DNA of 64,000 bases from an uncultured Actinomycetota bacterium (GCA_963780275.1 CAWABE010000003.1:124958-188957); one strand, 5' to 3'; numbered from the stretch's first letter, positions 48,197 through 56,924 are shown. The notes: generated by a model not told the origin, from the letters alone. Made by a program: numbers and translations.

Positions 48197-48981
48197 GCGG
48201 GTGGGACCCGGACCTCTACCTGCGTCACGCTGACGATCGAGGACGACCGTTCCTCGACCTGCTCGCCCGTGTCGATGTCACGCCCTACTCGATCGTCGAC
48301 CTCGGCTGTGGTCCCGGGCAGCTGACCCCGGTCCTGCAAGAGCGCTGGCCACACGCGATGATCCTCGGTGTCGACTCGTCCGCCGAGATGATCGGGGCGG
48401 CACATGGCCGGGATGACGGTCCGTCCGTCTCGTACGTCCAGGCCGATATCACCAGCTGGGAGCCAGCTGGTCCGGTCGACCTGATCGTCTCGAACGCCAC
48501 GTTCCAGTGGGTGCCGGACCAGCTGGAGGTCATCCGCCGGCTCGCCCGGCACGTCGCTCCCGGAGGCGCGTTCGCGCTCCAGGTGCCGAACAACGTCGGT
48601 GAACCGAGCCATGTCCTGCTCCGAGGCATGGCCTCCAGCGCTCCGTACGCGGAGTACACGACTGGTGTCCGCGAGCCACGGGGCACGGACCCGCAGGACT
48701 ACGTGGAGCTGTTCGCGGGGATGTCCGACGGCCTCGGCTGGAACGTCGACGTCTGGTCCACGACGTACCTGCACGTGCTCCAGGGCGAGGACCCGGTGTT
48801 CTCGTGGATCTCCGGCACCGGTGCGCGCCCGGTCCTGCAGACATTGCCGGACGATCTGCGCGACCAGTTCGTCGTGGAGTACAAGGCTGCGTTGCGTGAG
48901 GCGTACCCCGCCGAGCCCTGGGGGACCGTGTTCCCATTCACGCGCGTGTTCGCCGTCGCCGAGCTGCTGGACTGGCGATAG
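48193..48981 (+). CDS. tam: Trans-aconitate 2-methyltransferase
   Basis: WDPDLY..H...RGRPF.DLL, DLGCGPG, GVDSSAEMI, SNATFQWVP, FPFTRVFAVA; GTGA overlap with the amidase. Confidence 0.9.
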   Translation: MSGWDPDLYLRHADDRGRPFLDLLARVDVTPYSIVDLGCGPGQLTPVLQERWPHAMILGVDSSAEMIGAAHGRDDGPSVSYVQADITSWEPAGPVDLIVSNATFQWVPDQLEVIRRLARHVAPGGAFALQVPNNVGEPSHVLLRGMASSAPYAEYTTGVREPRGTDPQDYVELFAGMSDGLGWNVDVWSTTYLHVLQGEDPVFSWISGTGARPVLQTLPDDLRDQFVVEYKAALREAYPAEPWGTVFPFTRVFAVAELLDWR

Positions 48982-49030
48982 CCGCGGATCCGCAGAAGCG
49001 ACCGGTAGCCTGAGCGTGGTGAAAATGCAT

Positions 49031-49050
49031 TCCCCGGTTGGTCTGCCGGC
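49031..49050 (+). repeat. Exact upstream duplicate of the first 20 nt of the tRNA-Gln 5' half
   Basis: TCCCCGGTTGGTCTGCCGGC at 49031-49050 and 49096-49115; candidate -10 TAGCCT at 49006-49011. Confidence 0.92.
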
Positions 49051-49095
49051 CAAGAGGGTGCTGCCCCGCCTGGCGGGCCCACAATTTCATATCGA

Positions 49096-49141
49096 TCCCC
49101 GGTTGGTCTGCCGGCAGGGCCCGCCTGACTTTGAATCAGGC
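49096..49141 (+). tRNA. 5' half of an interrupted tRNA-Gln (anticodon TTG)
   Basis: Acceptor 5' strand TCCCCGG, D-arm-like GGTC...GGCA.GGCC, anticodon stem-loop (G)CCTGA-CTTTGAA-TCAGG(C). No T-arm follows; the sequence runs into a protein-coding fragment. Confidence 0.8.
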
Positions 49142-50573
49142 CGAGGCGCTACGGTGGCTGGCAGAGCTCTCCACGCCGCTTGGCCAGGGCATCGCGCTGT
49201 GCGACCGGGCGCTCGAGGATGCCGGCACAGACGCGGCCGTCGCCAGCCGGATCCACCGGACCAGAGGCGCGATTTCCTACTTCCTCGGCGACGTGCCCGC
49301 GGCCGAGCACCACGCCAGACTCGGCGTCGAACTCGCGGAACGTAGCGGCGACGACCAGGCGCTGGGCATGGCCATCGCCGAGCTGGCCCACTGGACCTAT
49401 TGCGGCGGCGGAGGTGTGCGCCGCGATCTCCTCGATCGCGCGGTCGCACTCGACGGCTCGGCCGGGGCATCCTCACCGCGCAGTCACCTGGCCAAGGTCG
49501 TCATGGACAACGACGGACATGACGAGGCCCGAGCGCTCCTCACGCTCCTGCTCGACCAGACCATGGAGACCGGCGATCTGTACTCGGCATCGACGCACGA
49601 GTTCCATCTGGCCGAGCTCGACGTGTGGGCCGGAGACTGGCCAGGCGCGATCGAGCACGCCGAGGAGAGCCTCCAGCTGCGACAGCACCTTGACCAACCG
49701 GGCGCTCCTCTGTACGTCGGCGCGATGGCGCGCGCGTGTCTCGGCGACGTCGACGAGGCCCGGAGCCTGGCTGAAACCGGGCTGGTGGAAGCGCGGCGCG
49801 CGGAGGACGTGGTCTTCTGCATGCAGAACCTGCATGTCCTCGGATTCGTCGAGCTGTCGCTCGGCAACTACGAAGCCGCCCAAGCCCTCCTGGGCGAGGC
49901 GACCGATCTGATGCGGTCGCGCTGGAACCGGGAGTTCGGCGACTGTCACGTGGTCCCGGACCAGATCGAGGCGCTCGTGGCACTCGGGGACCTGGCGCGG
50001 GCCGAGGACCTCTCGGAGTGGATGGACGAGGTCGCCCGAGCGACCCAGCGGCCCTGGACGACGGCCACCGGTGCGCGGTCCCAGGCATTGGTGCAGGCGG
50101 CCAGGAACGACCTCGACGGGGCAGACGCGGCCTTGGAGCGGGCGCTGGCGGCGCACGAGCGGCTGCCGATGCCCCTCGAGCTCGGGCGGACGCTCCTGAC
50201 GCGCGGCATCGTCCAACGCAGGATGAAACGTCGAGCGGTCGCCCGCGAGACCCTCGAGCAGGCCCTCGTGCTCTTCGAGGGTCGTGGCGCGACCTTGTGG
50301 GCCGAGCGGGCGCGCTCGGAGATCGCGCGCATCGGCGTGCGGTCAGCCGCGCAGGTCGACCTGACCCCGGTCGAGCAGCGGATCGCGGCTCTGGTCGCGC
50401 AGGGATACACCAATGGAGAGATCGCCGCGTCGCTTTCCTTGAGCAGAAAGACGGTCGAGGCGAACCTCTCGCGCTCCTACCGAAAGATGGGCGTCCGGTC
50501 CCGAGCACAGCTCGTAGCCAGGCTCTCGGAACCGCCTGAGCCCGCGGCCGCCCCCGGCACCAGCAATTCCTGA
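49140..50573 (+). pseudogene. N-terminally truncated large LuxR-family (TPR + HTH) regulator
   Basis: TPR-like helical repeats and C-terminal LuxR HTH (LTPVEQRIAALVAQGYTNGEIAASLSLSRKTVEANLSRSYRKMGVRSR). No ATPase domain or credible start; protein-like sequence begins at the tRNA junction (AEALRWLAEL). Confidence 0.75.
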
Positions 50574-50627
50574 CCACCGGGGGAGTTCCCCGATTACCGC
50601 GTCTCCTCGCCCGCCTACCTTCTTCAG

Positions 50628-50945
50628 ATGGAGTCCGCACTGCAGGAGAGCTTTCTGGTGGAGCGTTACTGGCCTGATGTCGGGCGTGCAGACGTCGCTA
50701 CGGCGGAGGAGCGCCTCTGCCGAGCCGCGGGGGCCCTCACGCTCGACGGGATCCCGATCCGGATCGTGAGCTCGACCTGGATCCCGGCCGATGAGGTCGT
50801 GCTGACGCTGTTCGAGGCGGGCGAGGAGGACGACGTACTCGAGGTCGGCCGGCGCAGCGGCTACCCGTTTGACCGCATACAGCGCGTCGAAGTTGTCACA
50901 GAAGCGAGCCGGAGGTGGCGTGGTGATGAAGAAGAGCATGTCTGA
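50628..50945 (+). CDS. Small protein resembling DUF4242 / SCO4226-like nickel-binding family
   Basis: FLVERYWP, STWIP.DE..L.LFEA, GYPFDRI; family call tentative. Confidence 0.6.
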   Translation: MESALQESFLVERYWPDVGRADVATAEERLCRAAGALTLDGIPIRIVSSTWIPADEVVLTLFEAGEEDDVLEVGRRSGYPFDRIQRVEVVTEASRRWRGDEEEHV

Positions 50946-52164
50946 GACGCAGCGAGTCGACGACGCGGACATCTGGGGGCTGCGACAGGCCATCCGCGGC
51001 CAGGTACTGGTGCCCGACGAGCCGGGGTACGACGAGGCACGGCGGGTGTGGAACGGGACCGTCGACCGGAGGCCGGCGCTGATCGCCCGGTGCGCCGACG
51101 CGACCGACGTGCAGCGAGCCCTGGGCTTCGCGGTGGAGCACGACCTCCCGGTCGCAGTGCGCGGCGGGGGCCACAGCGTCGCCGGCTTCTCCACCTGCGA
51201 CGACGGTGTGCTCATCGATCTCGGCCTGATGCGCACAGTGAGCGTCGACGCGGACGCACGGGTCGCACGGGCCGAGCCAGGGGCCACCGGGGCCGACTTC
51301 GACCGAGCGACCCAGAAGCATGGACTCGCCACAACGCTCGGGGTCGTGAGCACGACCGGGATCGCCGGGCTGACGCTGGGTGGTGGGATCGGGTGGCTGA
51401 TGCGCAAGCATGGGCTCGCCTGCGACAACCTGATCTCTGTCGATCTGGTCACCGCTGACGGCCGCCTCGTCACCGCCAGCTTGGACGAAAACCCGAACCT
51501 CTTCTGGGCCCTGAAGGGCGCGGGAGGCAACTTCGGCATCGTCACCTCGTTCGAGTACCGGCTGCATCCGGTCGGCCCGACGGTGTACGGCGGGAGCGTG
51601 GCATTCGCCTCCGAGCACCGGCGTGCCGTCCTGGAGTCCTACCGGGAGCTAACCGGGAAGGCTCCGGACGAGCTGACGACGTACGCGGCAATGACCGCGG
51701 CTCCGGACGGCTCGCCCGTGGCCGCGATCGCCGCCTGCTACGCGGGCGATCCGGCCGAGGGCGCACGCCTGCTCGACCCCATCAAGGCCGCAGTCGGCGA
51801 GCCGTTGCTCGATGCGCTGGGACCGCTGACCTACACCGAGCAGCAGAGCCGGATGGACGAGGGATACCCGCGCGGTGAGTACCACTACTGGCGCTCGTGC
51901 TTCCTCGACGCCCTCACCGACCAGGTCATCGACGTCTTGGTCGACCGGGCCAGCGACAGCCAGGCGCCGCCAACCCTCGAACTCATCGTGGAGCACATGG
52001 GTGGCGCGATCGCGGCGGGTGACGGATCCTTCGCGCATCGCGACGCGAACTACGACGTCCTCATCGCAGCCAACTGGACCGACTCCGCCGATCAGGACCG
52101 CTGCATCGCCTGGGCGCGCGACACCGCTGCGGCTACTCGAGCCGCACTCACGCGGCGGCACTAG
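50926..52164 (+). pseudogene. FAD-binding oxidoreductase (BBE/6-hydroxy-D-nicotine oxidase-like), C-terminally truncated
   Basis: RRVWNG, VRGGGHS, TGIAGLTLGGGIGWL, ALKGAGGNFGIVT. Ends after WARD without the Y.N / K..YDP.N.F BBE tail; TAG (52162-52164) lies inside the tRNA 3' half. Confidence 0.75.
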
Positions 52165-52193
52165 CGACGCAGGTTCGACTCCTGCCCGGGGAG
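52160..52193 (+). tRNA. 3' half of the interrupted tRNA-Gln
   Basis: T-arm GCAGG-TTCGACT-CCTGC (52169-52185), acceptor 3' strand CCGGGGA (52186-52192) exactly complementary to TCCCCGG, discriminator G. Confidence 0.82.
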
Positions 52194-52210
52194 CGAGAAC
52201 GTGTGTGCTT

Positions 52211-52230
52211 CGGCAGTTCAGGAACTGCCG
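52211..52230. terminator. 9-bp hairpin between the tRNA 3' half and the convergent hydrolase gene
   Basis: CGGCAGTTC-AG-GAACTGCCG. Confidence 0.55.
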
Positions 52231-53111
52231 TGCTGTGACGAGTCCAGTTCGGCTGCCGACCGGACCTCGTTGCCGGACGCCGACGCCTGGCGATCCAGCC
52301 AGCTTCGCATCAACCGTCCCGTCTGGTGTGGGTCGTCGAACATGGGGAAATGACCGACTCCCGACAGAACGTGAGACTCGGCGTGCGGGACGGCCTGGTG
52401 CCACAAGGGCTGCTCGTTGACCATCGGCGTGAATCGGTCCATTTCGCCCCAGGCCAACATGAACGGCACCGTCACTTCAGGTGTCGAATCGAGGCGAAAG
52501 GCCGAGAATCCCGGAAGCAAGTTGGCCCAGTCGCCTTTGGCGCTGTTCTTGCTGATCGCCATCGCCTGTCGAGCGGAGATCCGGTCGCCGTGCTCGAGCA
52601 CCGCGCGCAGCGCGATTCGCCTCATCTGCGGACGCGCGAGGACGACTGGTGCGAGCAGTCGACGGAGCCACGACAGATTGTTCAGTATTTCGAAATGCTT
52701 CACGAGACGCCGGGTTTGCTCCTGATTCGAGCCTCCAGCGGGGCAGATGGCGAGCGCGCTGCGCGCCCTTCCCTCTCTCGCGACGCCGAGCGCTGCAAGA
52801 CCTCCAAGCGAACAGCCAATGATGTGAGCGGACCGAAACCCTGCTCGGTCCATTTCCTCGGCGACACCGCGAGTCAGATCGTCCAGGGTGACTGGGCCGG
52901 TCAGCGGGTTGCCGCCGTCCCAGCCGGCCAGGGTCGGCGCAATGATCTCGAACCTGTCCAGGAGATGCGGAAGCAGGGGCTGCCACTTGCTCCACGGATT
53001 TGCGCCCATGTGAAGCAGGACCAGCGGTTCCCCTGAGCCGATGTGAAGCGTTCGTCGACCGCTGCTGGTGACCTCGACAAACCGCTTGAGACCTCCGGAC
53101 CGGGGTTTCAT
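52218..53111 (-). CDS. Alpha/beta fold hydrolase
   Basis: GSGEPLVLLH, GCSLGG nucleophile motif, AWGEMD, GVGHFPM; start uncertain; visibly more A/T-rich than neighbours. Confidence 0.8.
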   Translation of the reverse strand: MKPRSGGLKRFVEVTSSGRRTLHIGSGEPLVLLHMGANPWSKWQPLLPHLLDRFEIIAPTLAGWDGGNPLTGPVTLDDLTRGVAEEMDRAGFRSAHIIGCSLGGLAALGVAREGRARSALAICPAGGSNQEQTRRLVKHFEILNNLSWLRRLLAPVVLARPQMRRIALRAVLEHGDRISARQAMAISKNSAKGDWANLLPGFSAFRLDSTPEVTVPFMLAWGEMDRFTPMVNEQPLWHQAVPHAESHVLSGVGHFPMFDDPHQTGRLMRSWLDRQASASGNEVRSAAELDSSQHGSS

Positions 53112-53197
53112 CGCAGTATCAAACCAACAAACGTCGTTCGTGGCGGGGAGTTCGTGAAATTGGCGCTCTGCCACGCAGTCGACATCGTCGGCGGCCG

Positions 53198-54286
53198 ATG
53201 CGACGCGAGTCCCTGTGCGACCATGTGCCCGTGGGTACCCGCCCAGCACTTCTTCGTCGCGAGCTTCCCGTTCGACCTGGGCAACGTGACCAGCCGCAAG
53301 ACGACGGCTGGGATTCTCCCCAGTTCCGTGATGGGACGTTCCACAGCTCCGAGCCCACCCACATCTTCGGGGGTCTGGAATGGGTTCCCTTTTGCTTCGC
53401 GTGGTCGGCGCACCGAATTCGACCCGCTCGGAAACTGAGCATCCCGGTGGAGAAGCCGACCTTGGGAACAGCCGACGAGCTGGCTGTGACCTGGCTCGGC
53501 AATGCCAGCGTGCTCGTCGAGATCGACCACCACTGGATATTGATGGACCCGATCTTCGGGGAGCGACCGTCACCCATCGCCCAGGTAGGACCGAAGCGAA
53601 CCCATGCTTCCCCAGTCGAGGTGAGCGGCCTACCGCCACTCACCGCGGTCGTGATCTCACACGACCACTACGACCATCTCGATGCCCCGACGATCGCCGC
53701 AATCGTCACCCTCCAGGACGTGCCCTTTGTCGTACCGCTCGGCGTCGGCTCTCACCTGCGCCGCTGGGGCGTCCCACCAGACCGGATCATCGAACGGGAC
53801 TGGGGAGGGGAAGTTCGCATCGAATCCCTCACCCTCACCTGCACAGAGGCGCGCCACTTCTCCGGTCGGTGGCTCGCGCGGAACAAGACGCTGTGGTCGT
53901 CGTGGGTTCTGGCGAGCGACAACGGTCCACGCGTCTTCTTCGGCGGCGATTCGGGATACACGGCCGCCTTCTCGGGCCTCGGCACCTCCTACGGTCCGTT
54001 CGACATCACCATGATTCCGATCGGGGCCTACGACCGTCGCTGGCCGGACGTCCACATGACGCCCGAGGAGGCGATCGAGACGCACATCAACGTGCAGGGA
54101 GGCACGATGCTTCCGATCCACTGGCTGACATGGGATCTGGCTTTCCACAGCTGGGACGACCCCATCGAGCGCGCCGTGATCGCAGCTGAGTCTCGCGAGG
54201 TGAACATCGCCCTCCCGCGACCAGGCCAGCGACTGGACAGCGGGTGCGTCCCGACCGAGAAGTGGTGGCGGGCGCAACCGGCCTGA
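53198..54286 (+). CDS. MBL-fold metallo-hydrolase (NAPE-PLD/RomA-like); N-terminus uncertain
   Basis: SPQFRDG, DPIFGERPSP, SHDHYDHLD, ARHFSGR, FGGDSGY, PIGAY, HMTPEEA, PIHW.TW.LAFH.W. Confidence 0.85.
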   Translation: MRRESLCDHVPVGTRPALLRRELPVRPGQRDQPQDDGWDSPQFRDGTFHSSEPTHIFGGLEWVPFCFAWSAHRIRPARKLSIPVEKPTLGTADELAVTWLGNASVLVEIDHHWILMDPIFGERPSPIAQVGPKRTHASPVEVSGLPPLTAVVISHDHYDHLDAPTIAAIVTLQDVPFVVPLGVGSHLRRWGVPPDRIIERDWGGEVRIESLTLTCTEARHFSGRWLARNKTLWSSWVLASDNGPRVFFGGDSGYTAAFSGLGTSYGPFDITMIPIGAYDRRWPDVHMTPEEAIETHINVQGGTMLPIHWLTWDLAFHSWDDPIERAVIAAESREVNIALPRPGQRLDSGCVPTEKWWRAQPA

Positions 54287-54353
54287 TGACGAAGTATGTC
54301 TGGAGCCAACGGCACCCGCCGACGCCAGACACGCGACGGTTTCCGTCGGTACG

Positions 54354-55823
54354 TCAGCCCTCCGGCAGCGGTGTGTAGACGGACTTGACCTCGGTGTACT
54401 CCGCCAGACCCTCGGGACCGAACTCGCGGCCGTACCCGGAGTTCTTGTAGCCGCCGAACGGGGCGGCGAAGTCCATCGTGTAGGTGTTCACGCCGATGGT
54501 GCCGGTGCGCACCCGGCGGGCGACGTCGACTCCGGCCTCGAAGTCGGCCGTCCACACCGTGCCGGCCAGGCCGTACTCGGAGTCGTTCGCGATGCGGACG
54601 GCGTCGTCGACGTCGTCGTAGGGGATCACCGAGAGGACGGGACCGAAGATCTCCTCCTGGGCGATCCGCATCTGGTTGTCGACGTCGGCGAAGATCGTCG
54701 GCCGGACGTACCAGCCACGGTCGAGGCCGTCAGGCATCCCGTTGCCGCCGACGACGACTCGAGCACCCTCCTCCTGACCGAGGGCGATGTACTTCTCCAC
54801 CCGTTCCTGCTGGCGCTGCGACACCATCGGGCCGACCTCGGTCTCTGGGTCGCTGGGGTCCCCGACCTTCATCGCCGACACGGTCTCGGCCAGCGCATCG
54901 ACCACGGCGTCGTAGTTGTTCCGGCTGGCCAGGATCCGGGTCTGGGCCACACAGGCCTGGCCGGAGTTCATCAGCGCGATGAACTTCAGCCCCTCCATGG
55001 TGGGACCGAGGTCGGCGTCGTCGAGCACGATGGCGGCGGACTTGCCGCCGAGCTCGAGGCTGACCCGTTTCAGCTGCTCGCCGCACACCTTCCCGATCGC
55101 CCGGCCGGCGGCCGTCGAGCCGGTGAAGGCCACCTTGTCCACGCCGGGATGGGCGACGAGGTGCGCACCGACCTCGCGGCCGGCAGCCACGATGTTCACC
55201 ACGCCCGGGGGAACGCCGGCTTCCTGAAGCAGCTCGGCGAGCAGGTACGGATCGAGCGGCGTTTCCGGCGCCGGCTTCACCACGATGGTGCAGCCGGCCA
55301 GCAGGGCCGGGACGAGCTTGGACATGATCGTGAACTGGGGGACGTTCCAGGGCGGGATGGCCGCCACCACGCCGACCGGCTCGTGCCGGACGATCACGTC
55401 GGCGCCCAACGCACCGGGTCGCGGCTCCTCCCAGGGGAACTCGCGGGCCACGGCGAGGAACGCCTCGATCTGCATCCACGGAGCCGGCGACTGCGCCAGG
55501 TTCGAGAACGACGTCGGCGCGCCCATCTCGATGGTGATCAGGTCGGCCATCTCGCCGAGGCGCGCGGCGTAGAGGGCCGAGAACGCCTCGATCACGGCGA
55601 TCCGCTCGGCCGGCGACATCCGTGGCCACGGCCCCTCGTCGAACGCCGTGCGCGCGGCGGCGACGGCCGCGTCGATGTCGGCCGCCGTGCCGTCCGGCAC
55701 CGTGGCGACCACGTCCTCGCTGTGCGGGGAGATCACCTGCAGCAGGTCTCCGGAGGCGGGCGCGGACCACTCGCCACCGATGAAGAGGGCGTCACGGTCG
55801 AGATTCATGGGTGTCCTTGTCAT
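54354..55823 (-). CDS. Aldehyde dehydrogenase
   Basis: PWNVP, FTGSTAAG, LELGGKS, NSGQAC, EEIFGPV, PFGGYKNSG.GRE. Confidence 0.95.
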   Translation of the reverse strand: MTRTPMNLDRDALFIGGEWSAPASGDLLQVISPHSEDVVATVPDGTAADIDAAVAAARTAFDEGPWPRMSPAERIAVIEAFSALYAARLGEMADLITIEMGAPTSFSNLAQSPAPWMQIEAFLAVAREFPWEEPRPGALGADVIVRHEPVGVVAAIPPWNVPQFTIMSKLVPALLAGCTIVVKPAPETPLDPYLLAELLQEAGVPPGVVNIVAAGREVGAHLVAHPGVDKVAFTGSTAAGRAIGKVCGEQLKRVSLELGGKSAAIVLDDADLGPTMEGLKFIALMNSGQACVAQTRILASRNNYDAVVDALAETVSAMKVGDPSDPETEVGPMVSQRQQERVEKYIALGQEEGARVVVGGNGMPDGLDRGWYVRPTIFADVDNQMRIAQEEIFGPVLSVIPYDDVDDAVRIANDSEYGLAGTVWTADFEAGVDVARRVRTGTIGVNTYTMDFAAPFGGYKNSGYGREFGPEGLAEYTEVKSVYTPLPEG

Positions 55824-56923
55824 CAGGGTGCGAGGTCGAAGTAGTCACTGAAGCCGCTGGGGTCGTGCCGGCCGATGGCACCGTGCTCGAAGAGGCCCCA
55901 GCCCTCCGCACCGTCGCACACGGCGCGGCCGACGTGGTCGATGACGCCGAACATCACTCGGCCGGCGACGTCGGGGTCGGTGAGGTCGTAGGTGACCCGT
56001 TCGGTGAAGCCGGGTCCCTTCCACACCCCGTGGCTCCAGTCGGAGTCGCCGCCGTAGCCACCGCCGACGTGCAGCGGAACCGCCAGCTTCGACTCCACCT
56101 CGAACAGCACCGGCTTCCCCTCTGGAGTCGCGCAGTGGATGGTGGCACCGGTCGGCACCCGGGTGCCCGATGCGTAGGCGATCTCGACCCGCGGCCATCC
56201 CAGCTGCTCGACCCGGCCGTCTGCCCAGATGCGGGTGCAGTCGTTGAGGGTGCGGAAGCCGTCGGGGTCCTCCTGGATGATCAGCACCACGGCGTACTCG
56301 TCGAAGCGCATCGGCACGTAGAGCCACCACATGCCCTCGAACGGCGGGTCGGCCGGGGCGCCCGCCGGCACTGCCTCGCCGGACGGCCGGATGCCCCACG
56401 AGCGGTCCCGGGTGCCGACCCAGGTGTCCGGGGAAACGGTGATCTCCTCGCCGTCGACCGCCAGGCTGCCGCTCCAGGTGCCGACCTGGGCGAACCGCTG
56501 GGCGTCGAGGGTGACGCGGCTGCCGGCACGCATCACGTGCCGCTGCTCCTGCAGCACGTCGAAGGAGCCCTCCCAGGTCAGGTCGCAGGCGATGCCGTCG
56601 GTCTCTTCGAGGATCAGTCGAAGCTTGCGTAGTGGCTCCAGCACGTCGACGCGGTAGCCACCGACGTGCTGGTGAAGTCGGTCGTCGTCGATGGCGTCGG
56701 ACAGGTGGACGGCCGTCTGGACATCTCCTCGCCGGACCAGGAAGAACGCGTCCTTGACGCCGAGGTTCGGGTAGTAGCCCAGGCCGGAGATGACGAAGAT
56801 GTCGCCGGAGCGGTCGTGGGCGTTCAGATAGCAGCGGTCGTAGAAGTTGCGGTCGCTGGAACCGGCCCACCCGACCGGAAGTGGCACCTGGTGCAGCGGG
56901 TACTCGTCGAGCGGGCCGACCAC
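55823..56923 (-). CDS. Conserved actinobacterial hypothetical protein (Rv3169-like partner of phosphotransferases)
   Basis: DEYPLHQ, RNFYDRCY, GTRDRSWGIRP, GLFEH..IG; translationally coupled to the ALDH. Confidence 0.72.
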   Translation of the reverse strand: MVGPLDEYPLHQVPLPVGWAGSSDRNFYDRCYLNAHDRSGDIFVISGLGYYPNLGVKDAFFLVRRGDVQTAVHLSDAIDDDRLHQHVGGYRVDVLEPLRKLRLILEETDGIACDLTWEGSFDVLQEQRHVMRAGSRVTLDAQRFAQVGTWSGSLAVDGEEITVSPDTWVGTRDRSWGIRPSGEAVPAGAPADPPFEGMWWLYVPMRFDEYAVVLIIQEDPDGFRTLNDCTRIWADGRVEQLGWPRVEIAYASGTRVPTGATIHCATPEGKPVLFEVESKLAVPLHVGGGYGGDSDWSHGVWKGPGFTERVTYDLTDPDVAGRVMFGVIDHVGRAVCDGAEGWGLFEHGAIGRHDPSGFSDYFDLAP

Positions 56924-56924
56924 T

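Noticed and set aside
49031-49115. Two 20-nt repeats with a 45-nt spacer as a mini CRISPR array
   Set aside because: Only two copies, the repeat is the 5' end of a tRNA, and there are no cas genes in the window.
50577-50595. CCGGGGGAGTTCCCCGATT resembling tRNA 3' end joined to its 5' end
   Set aside because: A short G/C palindrome in the usual operator position after a large LuxR gene; resemblance follows from acceptor-stem complementarity.
49141-52159. Insert as a group I/II intron or IS element
   Set aside because: No RT, homing endonuclease or transposase ORF, no terminal inverted repeats or recognisable intron ends; the content is ordinary gene fragments.
49096-52193. Split tRNA as tRNA-Sec or tRNA-Pyl, suggested by the possible 6-bp anticodon stem
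   Set aside because: The loop is CTTTGAA (TTG), not CTTCAAA or CTCTAAA; the acceptor stem is 7 bp with U1-A72; no sel or pyl genes are present.
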